From the NCBI GenBank assembly GCA_963837955.1, contig CAWIPH010000002.1:2816001-2880000 (forward strand): DNA of 64,000 nucleotides, written 5' to 3'. Under the pieces are notes generated by a model. The model was not told the DNA's origin. It did not search any database and was given only the letters and a program-made list of their open reading frames with translations. The position numbers were made by a program, and so were the translations under genes. Shown here in pieces: positions 10,273-19,686 of this stretch. This stretch comes from an uncultured Verrucomicrobiae bacterium. GTDB lineage: Bacteria > Verrucomicrobiota > Verrucomicrobiia > Chthoniobacterales > JAFAMB01. Each line of letters starts with the position of its first letter. Positions within the stretch are counted from its first letter, which is position 1.

Positions 10273-11229
10273 ATGAACGTCACTGGACAGTCGCCGCCAC
10301 CAAACTCCGAATTCCAACCGGCCACTGTGAACCCCGAACCGATAAATCGGTCGGGCGGTACGAGCGATCAAAGGTTCGCCCGGACGATGGTGGGTCCCGC
10401 CGTCGCGTTACTTTTCCTGGTGACGATCGCCCCTCTCCTCTTCTCGCTCGTCGTTTCATTTACAAATCTCCAGTTCAGCGCCCCGCAGCCGATGCGGTGG
10501 GTTGGGATCGACAACTATCTCACGCTGATTACGAAGGATGGTCGTTTCCAAAGCGCATTGGGACGAACCTTGTTGTTGGTAATCGCCGGTGTGATAACCC
10601 AAACTGTCATCGGGTACTTCATCGCCTCTTTGCTTTCCCGGGTCCGACGAAACCGGGCGTTAATTCTGAGTCCGATCCTAATTCCGGCTGTCATCTCTCC
10701 AGTTGTTGCGGGGTGGCAAGGAAGAATGATCTTTAATGCTTCGTACGGCCCGCTGAACGATCTCTTGGCGCGATTCGGAATCCAGGGGCCAGCATGGCTG
10801 GCCTCTCCCCAGACGGCGTTGGTTTCGGTCTTTCTGACTGACACCTGGCAATGGACTCCGTTCCTTGCGCTGGTGATTCTCGCCGCTATCGAGAGTCAAC
10901 CGCAGGAATTGATCGAGGCGGCGCGGCTGGATGGTGCACACGGATGGTCCATGTTTCGCCGGATTACGTTGCCTCTGATATTGCCGGTTACCGGCATCGG
11001 GATTCTACTGCGCGGGGTCGATCTGTTTAAAACGTTCGACCTCGTCTATATCCTGACCCAGGGGGGCCCGGGCAATTCCAGCGAGACCCTCACATTCTTT
11101 ACTTACTTGGAAGGCTTCAAATTCTTTAACCCAAGCTATGCCTCTGCCATGTCGTTCATCCAGTTGGTCGTGGTAACCGTAGCGGCTAAGGGCTTCCTAG
11201 GTGTCATGCGCAAACAGGGGAGTATTTAG
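10273..11229 (+). CDS. Carbohydrate ABC transporter permease (MalF-like)
   Basis: WVGIDNY, DTWQWTPF, EAARLDGA EAA loop, TQGGPG. Confidence 0.93.
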   Translation: MNVTGQSPPPNSEFQPATVNPEPINRSGGTSDQRFARTMVGPAVALLFLVTIAPLLFSLVVSFTNLQFSAPQPMRWVGIDNYLTLITKDGRFQSALGRTLLLVIAGVITQTVIGYFIASLLSRVRRNRALILSPILIPAVISPVVAGWQGRMIFNASYGPLNDLLARFGIQGPAWLASPQTALVSVFLTDTWQWTPFLALVILAAIESQPQELIEAARLDGAHGWSMFRRITLPLILPVTGIGILLRGVDLFKTFDLVYILTQGGPGNSSETLTFFTYLEGFKFFNPSYASAMSFIQLVVVTVAAKGFLGVMRKQGSI

Positions 11230-11231
11230 AC

Positions 11232-12050
11232 ATGTCCAAGCGTTTTGTGCTCGAATTCCTAAAGTGGGTCGCATTGCTCGGCGTACTGATGATCTTTCTG
11301 TTTCCGTTATTTTGGATCATCTCCAGCAGCCTGAAAGCCCGGGGTGAATTCTTTACGCGTCCGCCGGTCTGGATTCCATCGCATGCCGAATGGTCAAACT
11401 ATCCGGATTCCCTTGGCCGGGGGGCATTAAAAGGTTTAGCCGACAGTTTCACGATCGCCTTTTCGTCCATGTTGGTCTCGCTGCTGCTGGGCGCACCGGC
11501 CGCCTATGCGATTGCTCGATTTCAAATCGGGAAAAAGAATCTCGCTTTCTGGATTCTTTCGATCCGAATGTTTCCACCGATCGCGACCATCCTTCCCCTC
11601 TTTGTTATCTTCCGCTTCGTCGGACTGGTCGACTCGTACCTAGGGCTGATTCTGTCGTACACCGTCTTCAACTTGCCTTTTGCGATCTGGATTCTAAAAG
11701 GCTTTATCGAAGACCTTCCGCGTGAAATCGAGGAAGCGGCAAAGGTCGATGGAGCTACGCGATTTCAGATCTTTCGAAACATCGTGATCCCGCTGGTTGC
11801 TCCTGGTCTGGTGGTTGTCGCGCTTTTCACATTTATCTTTGCCTGGAATGATTTTGCTTACGCTGTGATCTTCAGTGGATCGAACGTAACTCCGCTGCCA
11901 GTCGTTATTGCCCAGTTTGCCGGCGGACACGAAATCCTTTGGGGACAGATCTCAGCTGCGGCAATTATCGCGATTGTGCCGGCCCTGGTGCTGGCCACCT
12001 TTCTTCAAAAATATCTGACCCGCGGTCTGACCATGGGGGCAATTAAATGA
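11232..12050 (+). CDS. Carbohydrate ABC transporter permease (MalG-like)
   Basis: AAYAIAR, EIEEAAKVDGA, FIFAWNDF, QKYLTRGLTMGAIK. Confidence 0.93.
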   Translation: MSKRFVLEFLKWVALLGVLMIFLFPLFWIISSSLKARGEFFTRPPVWIPSHAEWSNYPDSLGRGALKGLADSFTIAFSSMLVSLLLGAPAAYAIARFQIGKKNLAFWILSIRMFPPIATILPLFVIFRFVGLVDSYLGLILSYTVFNLPFAIWILKGFIEDLPREIEEAAKVDGATRFQIFRNIVIPLVAPGLVVVALFTFIFAWNDFAYAVIFSGSNVTPLPVVIAQFAGGHEILWGQISAAAIIAIVPALVLATFLQKYLTRGLTMGAIK

Positions 12051-12156
12051 AGAACTTACGGAACATGGAATTCAGAATATAAAGCCTGACGCGTTCAGCC
12101 CCGATGAACCTGCAACTTCCCACCTCCAACCTTTAACCTGTAACTGTTATCATCCT

Positions 12157-12591
12157 ATGCTCAAAAACCTCAGCCCCCTACATACTCCCGAACTGTTGCA
12201 CACACTTGCTTCGATGGGACACGGAGACGACATCGTCGTCGTCGATGCGCATTTCCCGGCAGTCTCGATGGCGAAAAAGTTAATCCGTTTGGACGGGGTC
12301 AACGCGCCGGCTGCTCTTCAGGCCTGCCTCCAGCTCATTCCCCTTGATACTTTTGTCGATGATCCGGCCCTCCGGATGGAGGTGGTCCAAGATCCAAATG
12401 AAATCCCGGAAGTTCAAAAGGAGTTTCAGAAAGTCATCGATCAGGAGGAAGGCAAGCATATTCCCCTGGTCAAAATCGAGCGCCATGCATTCTATGAACG
12501 CGCGAAGAAGGCGTTTGCAATCATTGCCACTGGCGAACTACGCACCTACGGCTGCGTCATCATTAAAAAGGGAGTAATTCTTCCAAAATAG
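12157..12591 (+). CDS. RbsD/FucU-family sugar mutarotase/pyranase
   Basis: MLKNLSP..PELL..LASMGHGDDIVVVDAHFP, ERHAFYERAKKA, ATGELRTYG..IIKKGVI. Confidence 0.93.
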   Translation: MLKNLSPLHTPELLHTLASMGHGDDIVVVDAHFPAVSMAKKLIRLDGVNAPAALQACLQLIPLDTFVDDPALRMEVVQDPNEIPEVQKEFQKVIDQEEGKHIPLVKIERHAFYERAKKAFAIIATGELRTYGCVIIKKGVILPK

Positions 12592-12594
12592 CGT

Positions 12595-13533
12595 ATGCCA
12601 AAACCGAAAGTGTGCGTGTTGGGTGCGTTTGTCGCCGATCTTACCTGCCGGACTGCCCGAATGCCAAAATGGGGTGAGACGATCCTGGGTGAATCATTTA
12701 AGATGGGACCCGGCGGCAAGGGTTCGAACCAAGCTGTTGCGGCGGCCCGCCTCGACGCTGAGGTCCGTTTGATCACCAAACTTGGCCGAGACGCGTTCGG
12801 CGCTATGGCCCGCAAATTCTATGAAGAACAAGGGATGAGCCTCGATCACGTTCTTGAGGATGCAGAAGAGTCCAGCGGCACCGCGACAATCTTGGTCGAC
12901 CACGCCACCAGCGAGAACACGATTGTGGTCGTTCCAGGCGCTTGCGGCAAATTGACCGTTGCTGAAGTCGAGGCCGCCCGGGATGAGATCACCTCGGCTG
13001 ATATCTTTCTCACCCAACTGGAGCTTCCCATCCCGCCGACGATCCGCGGCATTGAGATCGCTCACGAAGCTGGCGTCCCGGTCATCTTGAATCCCGCACC
13101 CGCTCTTCCTGTTCCGGCCGAAATATTAGCCAAGGTCGATTATCTGACACCGAACGAAACGGAAGCGCTTGGCCTGATCGGCAGTGACACATCGATCGAT
13201 CCACAAGATTTGGACACTTTGGCCGACAGATTGCTCCAAACAGGCGCCAAAAACGTTGTCCTGACTTTGGGTGAGAAAGGTGCATTCGTCAAAAATGCCA
13301 GCCTTCGCGAGTTTGTTCCGGCGTTTTCGATAGGTAAAGTTGTGGAGACGACCGGTGCTGGGGACGCTTTTGCTGGAGGTTTCGCAGTGGCGTTGGCCGA
13401 AGGGAAATCGATTGTGGAAGCTACGCGGTATGGTTGCGCAGTCGCCGGGATATCGGTGACTCGAGCGGGAACCGCGCCGTCAATGCCACATCGTGATGAG
13501 GTTGATAAGCTGCTGGGAGCGATGGCCGATTGA
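12595..13533 (+). CDS. rbsK: Ribokinase (PfkB family; possibly deoxyribokinase)
   Basis: GPGGKGSNQAVAAARL, QLE, LNPAP, PNETEA, VETTGAGDAF. Confidence 0.9.
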   Translation: MPKPKVCVLGAFVADLTCRTARMPKWGETILGESFKMGPGGKGSNQAVAAARLDAEVRLITKLGRDAFGAMARKFYEEQGMSLDHVLEDAEESSGTATILVDHATSENTIVVVPGACGKLTVAEVEAARDEITSADIFLTQLELPIPPTIRGIEIAHEAGVPVILNPAPALPVPAEILAKVDYLTPNETEALGLIGSDTSIDPQDLDTLADRLLQTGAKNVVLTLGEKGAFVKNASLREFVPAFSIGKVVETTGAGDAFAGGFAVALAEGKSIVEATRYGCAVAGISVTRAGTAPSMPHRDEVDKLLGAMAD

Positions 13534-13555
13534 AGGTTGAAAAGAAGGATGAGCC

Positions 13556-13780
13556 GTCCCGGAGGGACTCAATGAAAGTAGCCCAGTACGAAGTGCTGGG
13601 GTGGCGTTCAAAAAAACCGACCCGTCCCGGATGGGACGATCGATGGCTCCTCACTCTCGTGAAGCATACAAGAGGACCAGGCCCTAACACTTCTATCGTC
13701 CCGGACGGGACGGACGTCTCTTTTTGCATTATTTCCCAGCACTTCGTACTGGGCTACTTTCACTGAGCCCCTCCGCGGAC
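13556..13780. repeat. Large palindromic REP/MITE-like element
   Basis: Perfect 28-bp IR TGAAAGTAGCCCAGTACGAAGTGCTGGG (13573-13600 / 13735-13762), inner IR around 13622-13640 / 13695-13713, and GTCCC..GGGAC mini-hairpins. Confidence 0.88.
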
Positions 13781-13907
13781 GATTCCTCTCGGCGCATATC
13801 CTTCCGCGTATATCGGCGGGCGCGGGACGCCGCGGGCGAGATCCACACGAGCCGGGGAATCTTAGCACGGATGCGTTCTGCCTTTTGATCTATCGCGGGA
13901 TGTTCCT

Positions 13908-13991
13908 GGGAGCAGCACGCATCCGACGAAGCCTACCCCCGCGTTAAACCAATTCGCAGAAAATTGGCGAAGTCGGAAGCTACTCCCCTCC
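13908..13991. repeat. REP family 2 hairpin interrupted by the TCCGAC...GTCGGA cassette
   Basis: GGGAGCAGCA | CGCATCCGACGAAGCCT-N30-TGGCGAAGTCGGA | AGCTACTCCCCTCC. Confidence 0.75.
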
Positions 13992-14062
13992 GCGCACATG
14001 GATTATCGTCCGCCGAAGGATACTGCGAAGCCCAGGGCGATGTCGCACGCAAAGACAAATCC

Positions 14063-16144
14063 CTAATGATTGGTCCGCGCCTTTTTCGCAGACTCGATCA
14101 CCTGCTGCTCAATCTCGGCCGGCAGCTCTTCATAATGGCTGAACTCTTCGCCGTGCAGACCGCGGCCACCGGTTAGGGACCTCAACTGACTGGCGTATCG
14201 GTATAGTTCTCTGGCCGGAACTTGGGCGCGGACGACCTGAAAGTGGCCCTCCGTGTCCATCCCCAGAATCTTGCCACGGCGGCTCGAAAGGTCTCCGATT
14301 ACCTTCCCCATGCAGTCCTCCGGTACGCGGATCTCAAGAGAATGGATTGGCTCCAACAAGCACGGCTTAGCCTTAAGGAACGCTTCTTTAAACGCCCAGT
14401 ACCCGGCAACCTGGAAGGAAATATCATTTGAATCGACGGGATGCATTTTCCCGTCGTAAAAATCGACTGCCAAATCCACAACCCGGTAGCCGGCGAGAAC
14501 GCCCTCAGCACACGCGTTCTGGATCCCGCGTTCTACCGAAGTAACGAATACGCGATCCACGCATTGCCCAGAGAGCGATTCGCTGAATCTAATACCGGAA
14601 TCGCGCGCTACGGGCGTTATCCGTAGCGCTACCTCAGCGAACTGCCCGGCGCCGCCCGTCTGCTTCTTATGCCGATAATTCGCATCACCAGCCATCTTTA
14701 TCGTTTCACGGAAACGCACCCGCGGTTCTACGAGATCGAAATGGACCTTGAATCGTCGGCGGAGCCGTTCGGCCACGACATCGAGATGCAGCTCGCCCTG
14801 CGCAGCCACGATCGTCTGGTGCAATTCAGGGTCAGTCGTGAACACAAATGCGGGGTCCTCCTCATGCAACGTGGCAAGTCCCGCCGCGATTTTGTCTTCT
14901 TCCCCCTTGGCCCTGGGCTGAAGCGCTGAATGGACCGTAGGTTTCGGATAAGCAGGTGCCGGCAGCTTGATCGGACGATGGGCCGAGCAAAGCGTGTTGC
15001 CGGCGTAAGTGTTTTTGAGCTTCACTGTAGCCCCGATGTCGCCGGCGCCGAGCTCGTTGACGGCTGAGCGATTGCGACCATTAAGGAAATAGATCTGGCC
15101 AATCCGTTCAGTAGTGCTACGTGCGCTATTGAGTAGGTCCATCCCAGTCTTCACCGCGCCGGAGTAAATCCGGAAGAACCACAGCTCACCGAATTGCTCC
15201 TCATTCATTATCTTGAAAACCTGTGCCACCGGCTCTGTATCTCTGAGGGTGACTTCGACCTCATTGCCGCTGCCGTCGAGAGCGACCACGTTTTGCCGGT
15301 CTACAGGCGACGAGCCATACTTCGCGATGAAATCCATTAAACGGGCAACACCGACATCGGTCTCGGCGGAAATGCAGAACAGCGGGATGAAAAGCTGCCG
15401 CTGGACCGCCGCATGGATACCACTCCGGAACTCCTCCTCGGAAAGCCCACCTTGATCGAAAAACCTCGTGAGCAACCTGTCGTCGGACTCGGCAATGAGT
15501 TCGATTAACTCGCCGTGAAGCCGGGTGACACGCTCCTTCCATTCGCCGGTCGCGGACTCCTCGGTAAATCGGCCCCGGCCCGTCGTCTCATAGGTCACGA
15601 TCTCACTCCGGAGGACGTCGAGAATCTGGTTGAAGCCGGGCCCGGGGTTCACCGGCACATTCATCGGAAATACGCGTGCACCGAACTGCGCGCGCGCATC
15701 GGCGAGGACGTCGTCAAACTTCGCGTGCTCCTTGTCCATCGCATTGACAACGATGATTTTCGGGATGCCGCATTGGGTGGCGTAATTCCAAACGCGCTCG
15801 GTACCAACTCCGACGCCGTGCTGCGCGTGAACGACGACCAGCGCGAAATCAGCTGCGCGTAACGCTGCGAGCGCCTCGCTGATGAAATCGAGGTAGCCCG
15901 GCGTATCCATGATATTCAACTTTTTGTTCATCCACGACGTGTGAAGCAAGGAGGTCTGGGTAGAGATTTGTCGCTGCTTTTCGCTGACGTGGTAATCGGA
16001 AACGGTCGAGCCATCGGCTATGCGCCCCATCCGGCCGATAGAGCCGCTACAGAGCAGCATAGCCTCACTAAGAACCGTCTTGCCGGACGAAGCGTGCCCG
16101 ACGATGGCAAAGTTGCGGATATCCGCAGGGGGATGCGGTGCCAT
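14063..16144 (-). CDS. Elongation factor G paralog (EF-G2/FusA2 type)
   Basis: IRNFAIVGHASSGKT, DTPGYLDF, QGELHL, FRETI, KQTGGAGQFA, DGKMHPVDS, LLEPI, LRSLTGGRG. Start moved to ATG 16144. Confidence 0.9.
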   Translation of the reverse strand: MAPHPPADIRNFAIVGHASSGKTVLSEAMLLCSGSIGRMGRIADGSTVSDYHVSEKQRQISTQTSLLHTSWMNKKLNIMDTPGYLDFISEALAALRAADFALVVVHAQHGVGVGTERVWNYATQCGIPKIIVVNAMDKEHAKFDDVLADARAQFGARVFPMNVPVNPGPGFNQILDVLRSEIVTYETTGRGRFTEESATGEWKERVTRLHGELIELIAESDDRLLTRFFDQGGLSEEEFRSGIHAAVQRQLFIPLFCISAETDVGVARLMDFIAKYGSSPVDRQNVVALDGSGNEVEVTLRDTEPVAQVFKIMNEEQFGELWFFRIYSGAVKTGMDLLNSARSTTERIGQIYFLNGRNRSAVNELGAGDIGATVKLKNTYAGNTLCSAHRPIKLPAPAYPKPTVHSALQPRAKGEEDKIAAGLATLHEEDPAFVFTTDPELHQTIVAAQGELHLDVVAERLRRRFKVHFDLVEPRVRFRETIKMAGDANYRHKKQTGGAGQFAEVALRITPVARDSGIRFSESLSGQCVDRVFVTSVERGIQNACAEGVLAGYRVVDLAVDFYDGKMHPVDSNDISFQVAGYWAFKEAFLKAKPCLLEPIHSLEIRVPEDCMGKVIGDLSSRRGKILGMDTEGHFQVVRAQVPARELYRYASQLRSLTGGRGLHGEEFSHYEELPAEIEQQVIESAKKARTNH

Positions 16145-16486
16145 GCTTCTGAAGATGAAGCTTGGAGGCCGTGCATGCAAGCTTCGGGAACGATTGCCTC
16201 TTCTGGCCGTTATCGGAAACAGGCTGCTCTCTGTGAAATCTGTCGCCTGTGATGAAGGCCATTGTCGAATAAGGCCGTCATTGCAGGAGCCTAAAATCTT
16301 CCCTAGCCGGCCGCTGGGTCACTCGTTGCAGGTCGGATATCCGTAACGGGGCTTGGAGAATCCCGAGAATGGTAACTTCGGGTTGCCCGAACTGTCGATA
16401 TTTATTGTAATTTCCATACTTTTACTACTTATAATCCACCCTTTGAAAGCCAGGCCTCAGGCGTGTCCAAGCGAGCGAACATTGAA

Positions 16487-17233
16487 ATGGACAAATTTCT
16501 GCACCGGCATACGCGACGCTTCGTTTGGGAACGACCAACCCTGTATTGGCCTTTAGGCCTGTTGCGCGCTCGCGGAAACGTCCTCTTCGAGGACTATGAC
16601 TTTTGCGTCGATGGATTTCCGCGCTCCGCCAATACCTACGCGCTGCGCATGTTCCAGCTGATGTACGAACCAAATCTGCGAATCTGGAGTCATCATCACA
16701 TCCCCCCCTTTTTGATTCGCGCCGTCCAAATCGGCAAGCCGGTCTTTTTTCTCTGTCGCTCACCGATTGATGGCGCGATTTCATACGCAATTTTGCTCGG
16801 TTCGACTGTTGAAGACCAACTCAGATATTACATTCAGTTCCATCAGGTTCTCCTTCCCTACATGGACGGTTTGTTTGTCGCACCGTTCGATCAAGTCACA
16901 TCCGATTTCCAACGAGTCGTCGAAGCCTTCGCGGCGCGTTGGAGTCTGAGTCTGACGCCGCGATTGGGCGAAGAGATCGCGAGATCCCGGGCCTTTGCGA
17001 AGATTGACGAGGACCAGACCAACAGCCTTGGTGGTATTAACGAACGCATTGTCCACCGTCCTTCACGATTCCGGGAAACGCTTAGACCAGCACTACTCGC
17101 AAGCCTCGATTCGTCCACAGCGCAACGGTTGCTCGCTGAAGCAAACGATCTCTATCAACAGTACTACCAGAGCGCTAAATGGCGACTAGCGTCGAAGACC
17201 GCCGCGACGAATACTCCCTCAGATGCCGCCTAG
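16487..17233 (+). CDS. Sulfotransferase-fold (P-loop) hypothetical protein
   Basis: CVDGFPRSANTY resembles the 5'-PSB motif and CRSPIDGAIS the 3'-PB motif. Confidence 0.6.
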   Translation: MDKFLHRHTRRFVWERPTLYWPLGLLRARGNVLFEDYDFCVDGFPRSANTYALRMFQLMYEPNLRIWSHHHIPPFLIRAVQIGKPVFFLCRSPIDGAISYAILLGSTVEDQLRYYIQFHQVLLPYMDGLFVAPFDQVTSDFQRVVEAFAARWSLSLTPRLGEEIARSRAFAKIDEDQTNSLGGINERIVHRPSRFRETLRPALLASLDSSTAQRLLAEANDLYQQYYQSAKWRLASKTAATNTPSDAA

Positions 17234-17391
17234 CGCTAATCGACGCGAACAACCTCTATTTCATTTGCTTCAATTGCAATTCCGTCGCGGATTGGCTTGA
17301 GCCCGTTGCAGAATTCCCTCGTCAGTTAGCCCTCCGTTTTCATCCGGGAAAATGTGTGTAATCTTTTGCTGTAACCGCTGATTTCCAAACG

Positions 17392-18000
17392 TTGAGGACA
17401 AAAGTTAGTATTCGACAGGCAAGCGTGAACGACGCGGAATCGATTCTTGCCATCTACGGACCGATTTGTGAGTCGTCATCAATCAGCTTTGAAACGCAGA
17501 GTCCGTCGCTGAGTGAAATGCGGCAGCGAATCGAGAAAACAACCTTATTCTTCCCCTGGCTGGTTGTCGCAGACTCCAAAGATGTTTTGGGATACGCGTA
17601 CGCAGGCCCTCATCGTGAGAGATCCGCGTACCGATGGTCGACGGACGTCACCGTTTACCTTCACCAAGACGCTCGTCGAAAGGGTATCGGCACCGCACTC
17701 TACAAGGCGATTCTTGAACTTCTTCGGATACAAGGTTTTCATCGCGCATACGCGGGAATCGCTCTCCCTAATCCGGGAAGCGTTCGACTCCATGAGAAGA
17801 TGGGATTTCGATCAATCGGCATCTACCACGGAGTGGGATATAAACTTGGTACCTGGCATGACGTGCAATGGATGGAAGCCACTTTGCGCAGTGGGAATGA
17901 GGATCCTCAGGACCCAATCAGCGTAGATCAGATCGATTCTGCCAAATGGCGGACCACAATTTCTGATGGCGAGAAGGTTCTGGGACAGGTTGCGTTCTGA
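17392..18000 (+). CDS. GNAT N-acetyltransferase, phosphinothricin acetyltransferase/YncA-like
   Basis: ISFE, GYAYA...RSAYRW, RRKGIG, NPGSVRLHEKMGF, VGYKLGTWHDV. Confidence 0.88.
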   Translation: MRTKVSIRQASVNDAESILAIYGPICESSSISFETQSPSLSEMRQRIEKTTLFFPWLVVADSKDVLGYAYAGPHRERSAYRWSTDVTVYLHQDARRKGIGTALYKAILELLRIQGFHRAYAGIALPNPGSVRLHEKMGFRSIGIYHGVGYKLGTWHDVQWMEATLRSGNEDPQDPISVDQIDSAKWRTTISDGEKVLGQVAF

Positions 18001-18031
18001 GCTCAGAAAACGCCGGAATCGCCCGTGACTA

Positions 18032-18268
18032 CGGAGGGGAGCCGCTTGCGGCTCCCGGAAACAACCCCTAGCGAGGAAACACCCCGGATTGGGCTCGGTT
18101 CCTCGATAAGCGCTGGGTAGTTTCCGGGCGTCGCACGTGTCCCGACGACGTGTCCGACGAAGCCTACTCCGATGTTCGAACCATCATTCACTGTTGGCGA
18201 AGTCGGAAGCCTCTTCCGATCCCAAATAATTACCACAAACTGGCGAAGTCGGAAGCAACGCCCCTCCG
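18032..18268. repeat. REP family 2 element carrying a tandem two-spacer cassette
   Basis: CGGAGGGG...CCCCTCCG termini; hairpin GGGAGCCGC-TT-GCGGCTCCC; GGGCGTCGCA | cassette 18136-18253 | AGCAACGCCC. Confidence 0.8.
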
Positions 18269-18320
18269 ATCGCTGGCCCACATTTGGAAGTTCAATGATC
18301 TGGGACTAGTTTATGTTGCG

Positions 18321-19085
18321 GTGGCGAACGGTGCGAAACAGCATTACCTATGGTGCACACGTCGAGCACTTGCGGCGACGTTATTGCTCCATCTGTCAAC
18401 GGAAGTCTGCGACTCGCAGTCTTTAACCCAGGTCGATTTCGCGGCGGCTCGCCGGAAGATGGTCGAGGAACAAATCGCCGCATCTGACCGAGGTATCACT
18501 AATCGAAAGGTCTTGGATGTTATGGGCTCAGTGCCCCGCCACGAATTCGTACCGGAATCTGAACGAAATTTTGCCTATCGGGATGAGCCCCTGCCGATTG
18601 GCTATGGTCAGACAATTTCTCAGCCTTCTCTGGTCGCGTTTATGACCGATAAGCTCGATCTGAAGCCAACCGATTGCGTCCTGGAAATCGGAACTGGGTC
18701 TGGTTATCAAGCCGCTATTTTGTCGCAGCTAGCTGCGCACGTTTACACCATCGAAATTATTGAACCCCTTGCCCGCCGCGCGATGGCTGACCTCAAGCGG
18801 CTCGGTTACAATAATGTCGAGGTCCTGATCGGCGACGGATATAAAGGGTGGCCCGAACACGCTCCGTTTGATGCCGTCATTGTGACATGTGCTCCCGATC
18901 GCGTTCCGCAGCCGTTGGTGGATCAACTACGTGACGGTGGTCGCATGGTCATTCCAGTTGGGGCAGCCGGGAACCAATCTCTCTACCTCTTGGAAAAGCA
19001 CGGTGAATCAGTTGTGCAGCAATCCATTTTACCGGTGCGGTTTGTTCCAATGACCGGCAAAATGGGAGCAGATACCGGGGAGTGA
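18321..19085 (+). CDS. pcm: Protein-L-isoaspartate O-methyltransferase
   Basis: VPRHEFV, PIGYGQTISQP, VLEIGTGSGYQAAIL, GDGYKGWPEHAPFDAVIVT, VRFVPM. The start is uncertain; the ORF-track start at 18150 lies inside the repeat. Confidence 0.92.
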   Translation: MANGAKQHYLWCTRRALAATLLLHLSTEVCDSQSLTQVDFAAARRKMVEEQIAASDRGITNRKVLDVMGSVPRHEFVPESERNFAYRDEPLPIGYGQTISQPSLVAFMTDKLDLKPTDCVLEIGTGSGYQAAILSQLAAHVYTIEIIEPLARRAMADLKRLGYNNVEVLIGDGYKGWPEHAPFDAVIVTCAPDRVPQPLVDQLRDGGRMVIPVGAAGNQSLYLLEKHGESVVQQSILPVRFVPMTGKMGADTGE

Positions 19086-19166
19086 GTCGCGATTTATCGA
19101 GGGCCGGGACACGATTTCCCTTTGAATGTTCCAGCAATTTGCTGCATAGTGTTGGACTCCCCCCGT

Positions 19167-19619
19167 ATGGACGTCACCGGCACAGTGAGCCGAATTTTAG
19201 AGCGGAAGGGTTCCTCCTCGGTTTGGTCGATCGGACCAAATGCTACGGTCTACGAGGCCATCAAATTAATGGCGCAGAAAAATGTTGGCGCGTTATTCGT
19301 GCTGGAGGACAACCGACTAGCCGGGGTCATTTCCGAGCGCGACTATACTCGCAAAGTCATTCTGCAGGGAAAGTCATCGAAAGAAACTTCGGTCAGCGAA
19401 ATCATGACCAAAGATCTGGTCACGGCCGATCCCAATGACAACATAACGGAATGCATGCGCGTGATGACCGAGCGGCGGGTGCGACACCTCCCGGTGTTGG
19501 AGGGATCAAAGGTTGTAGGCGTTGTATCTATCGGTGATGTACTGAAATGGGTGATTTCTGCGCAGGACGCGACGATCGACCATCTCGAGAAATATATCAC
19601 CGGCAGTTATCCGGCCTAA
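19167..19619 (+). CDS. CBS-domain pair protein
   Basis: NVGAL..LAGVISERDY, RVRHLPV..GVVSIGD. Confidence 0.92.
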   Translation: MDVTGTVSRILERKGSSSVWSIGPNATVYEAIKLMAQKNVGALFVLEDNRLAGVISERDYTRKVILQGKSSKETSVSEIMTKDLVTADPNDNITECMRVMTERRVRHLPVLEGSKVVGVVSIGDVLKWVISAQDATIDHLEKYITGSYPA

Positions 19620-19686
19620 GGCGAGGATGCCTCGTCGGCAAACGGGTTTTCTGATTCGGGCGAGCAACCGATAACGGCATGCGCGA

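Noticed and set aside
13421..13868. Short ORFs containing MKVAQYEVLG on both strands
   Set aside because: Translations of the 28-bp inverted repeat, not genes.
18136..18256. Canonical CRISPR array
   Set aside because: Only two full 16-18-nt repeats, no leader or cas genes, and embedded in a REP; reported instead as a CRISPR-like cassette.
18150..18320. N-terminal extension of pcm from the ORF track
   Set aside because: Start falls within the repeat element; translation there (AKSEATPLR) mirrors the spurious ORF at 13964 from the same repeat.
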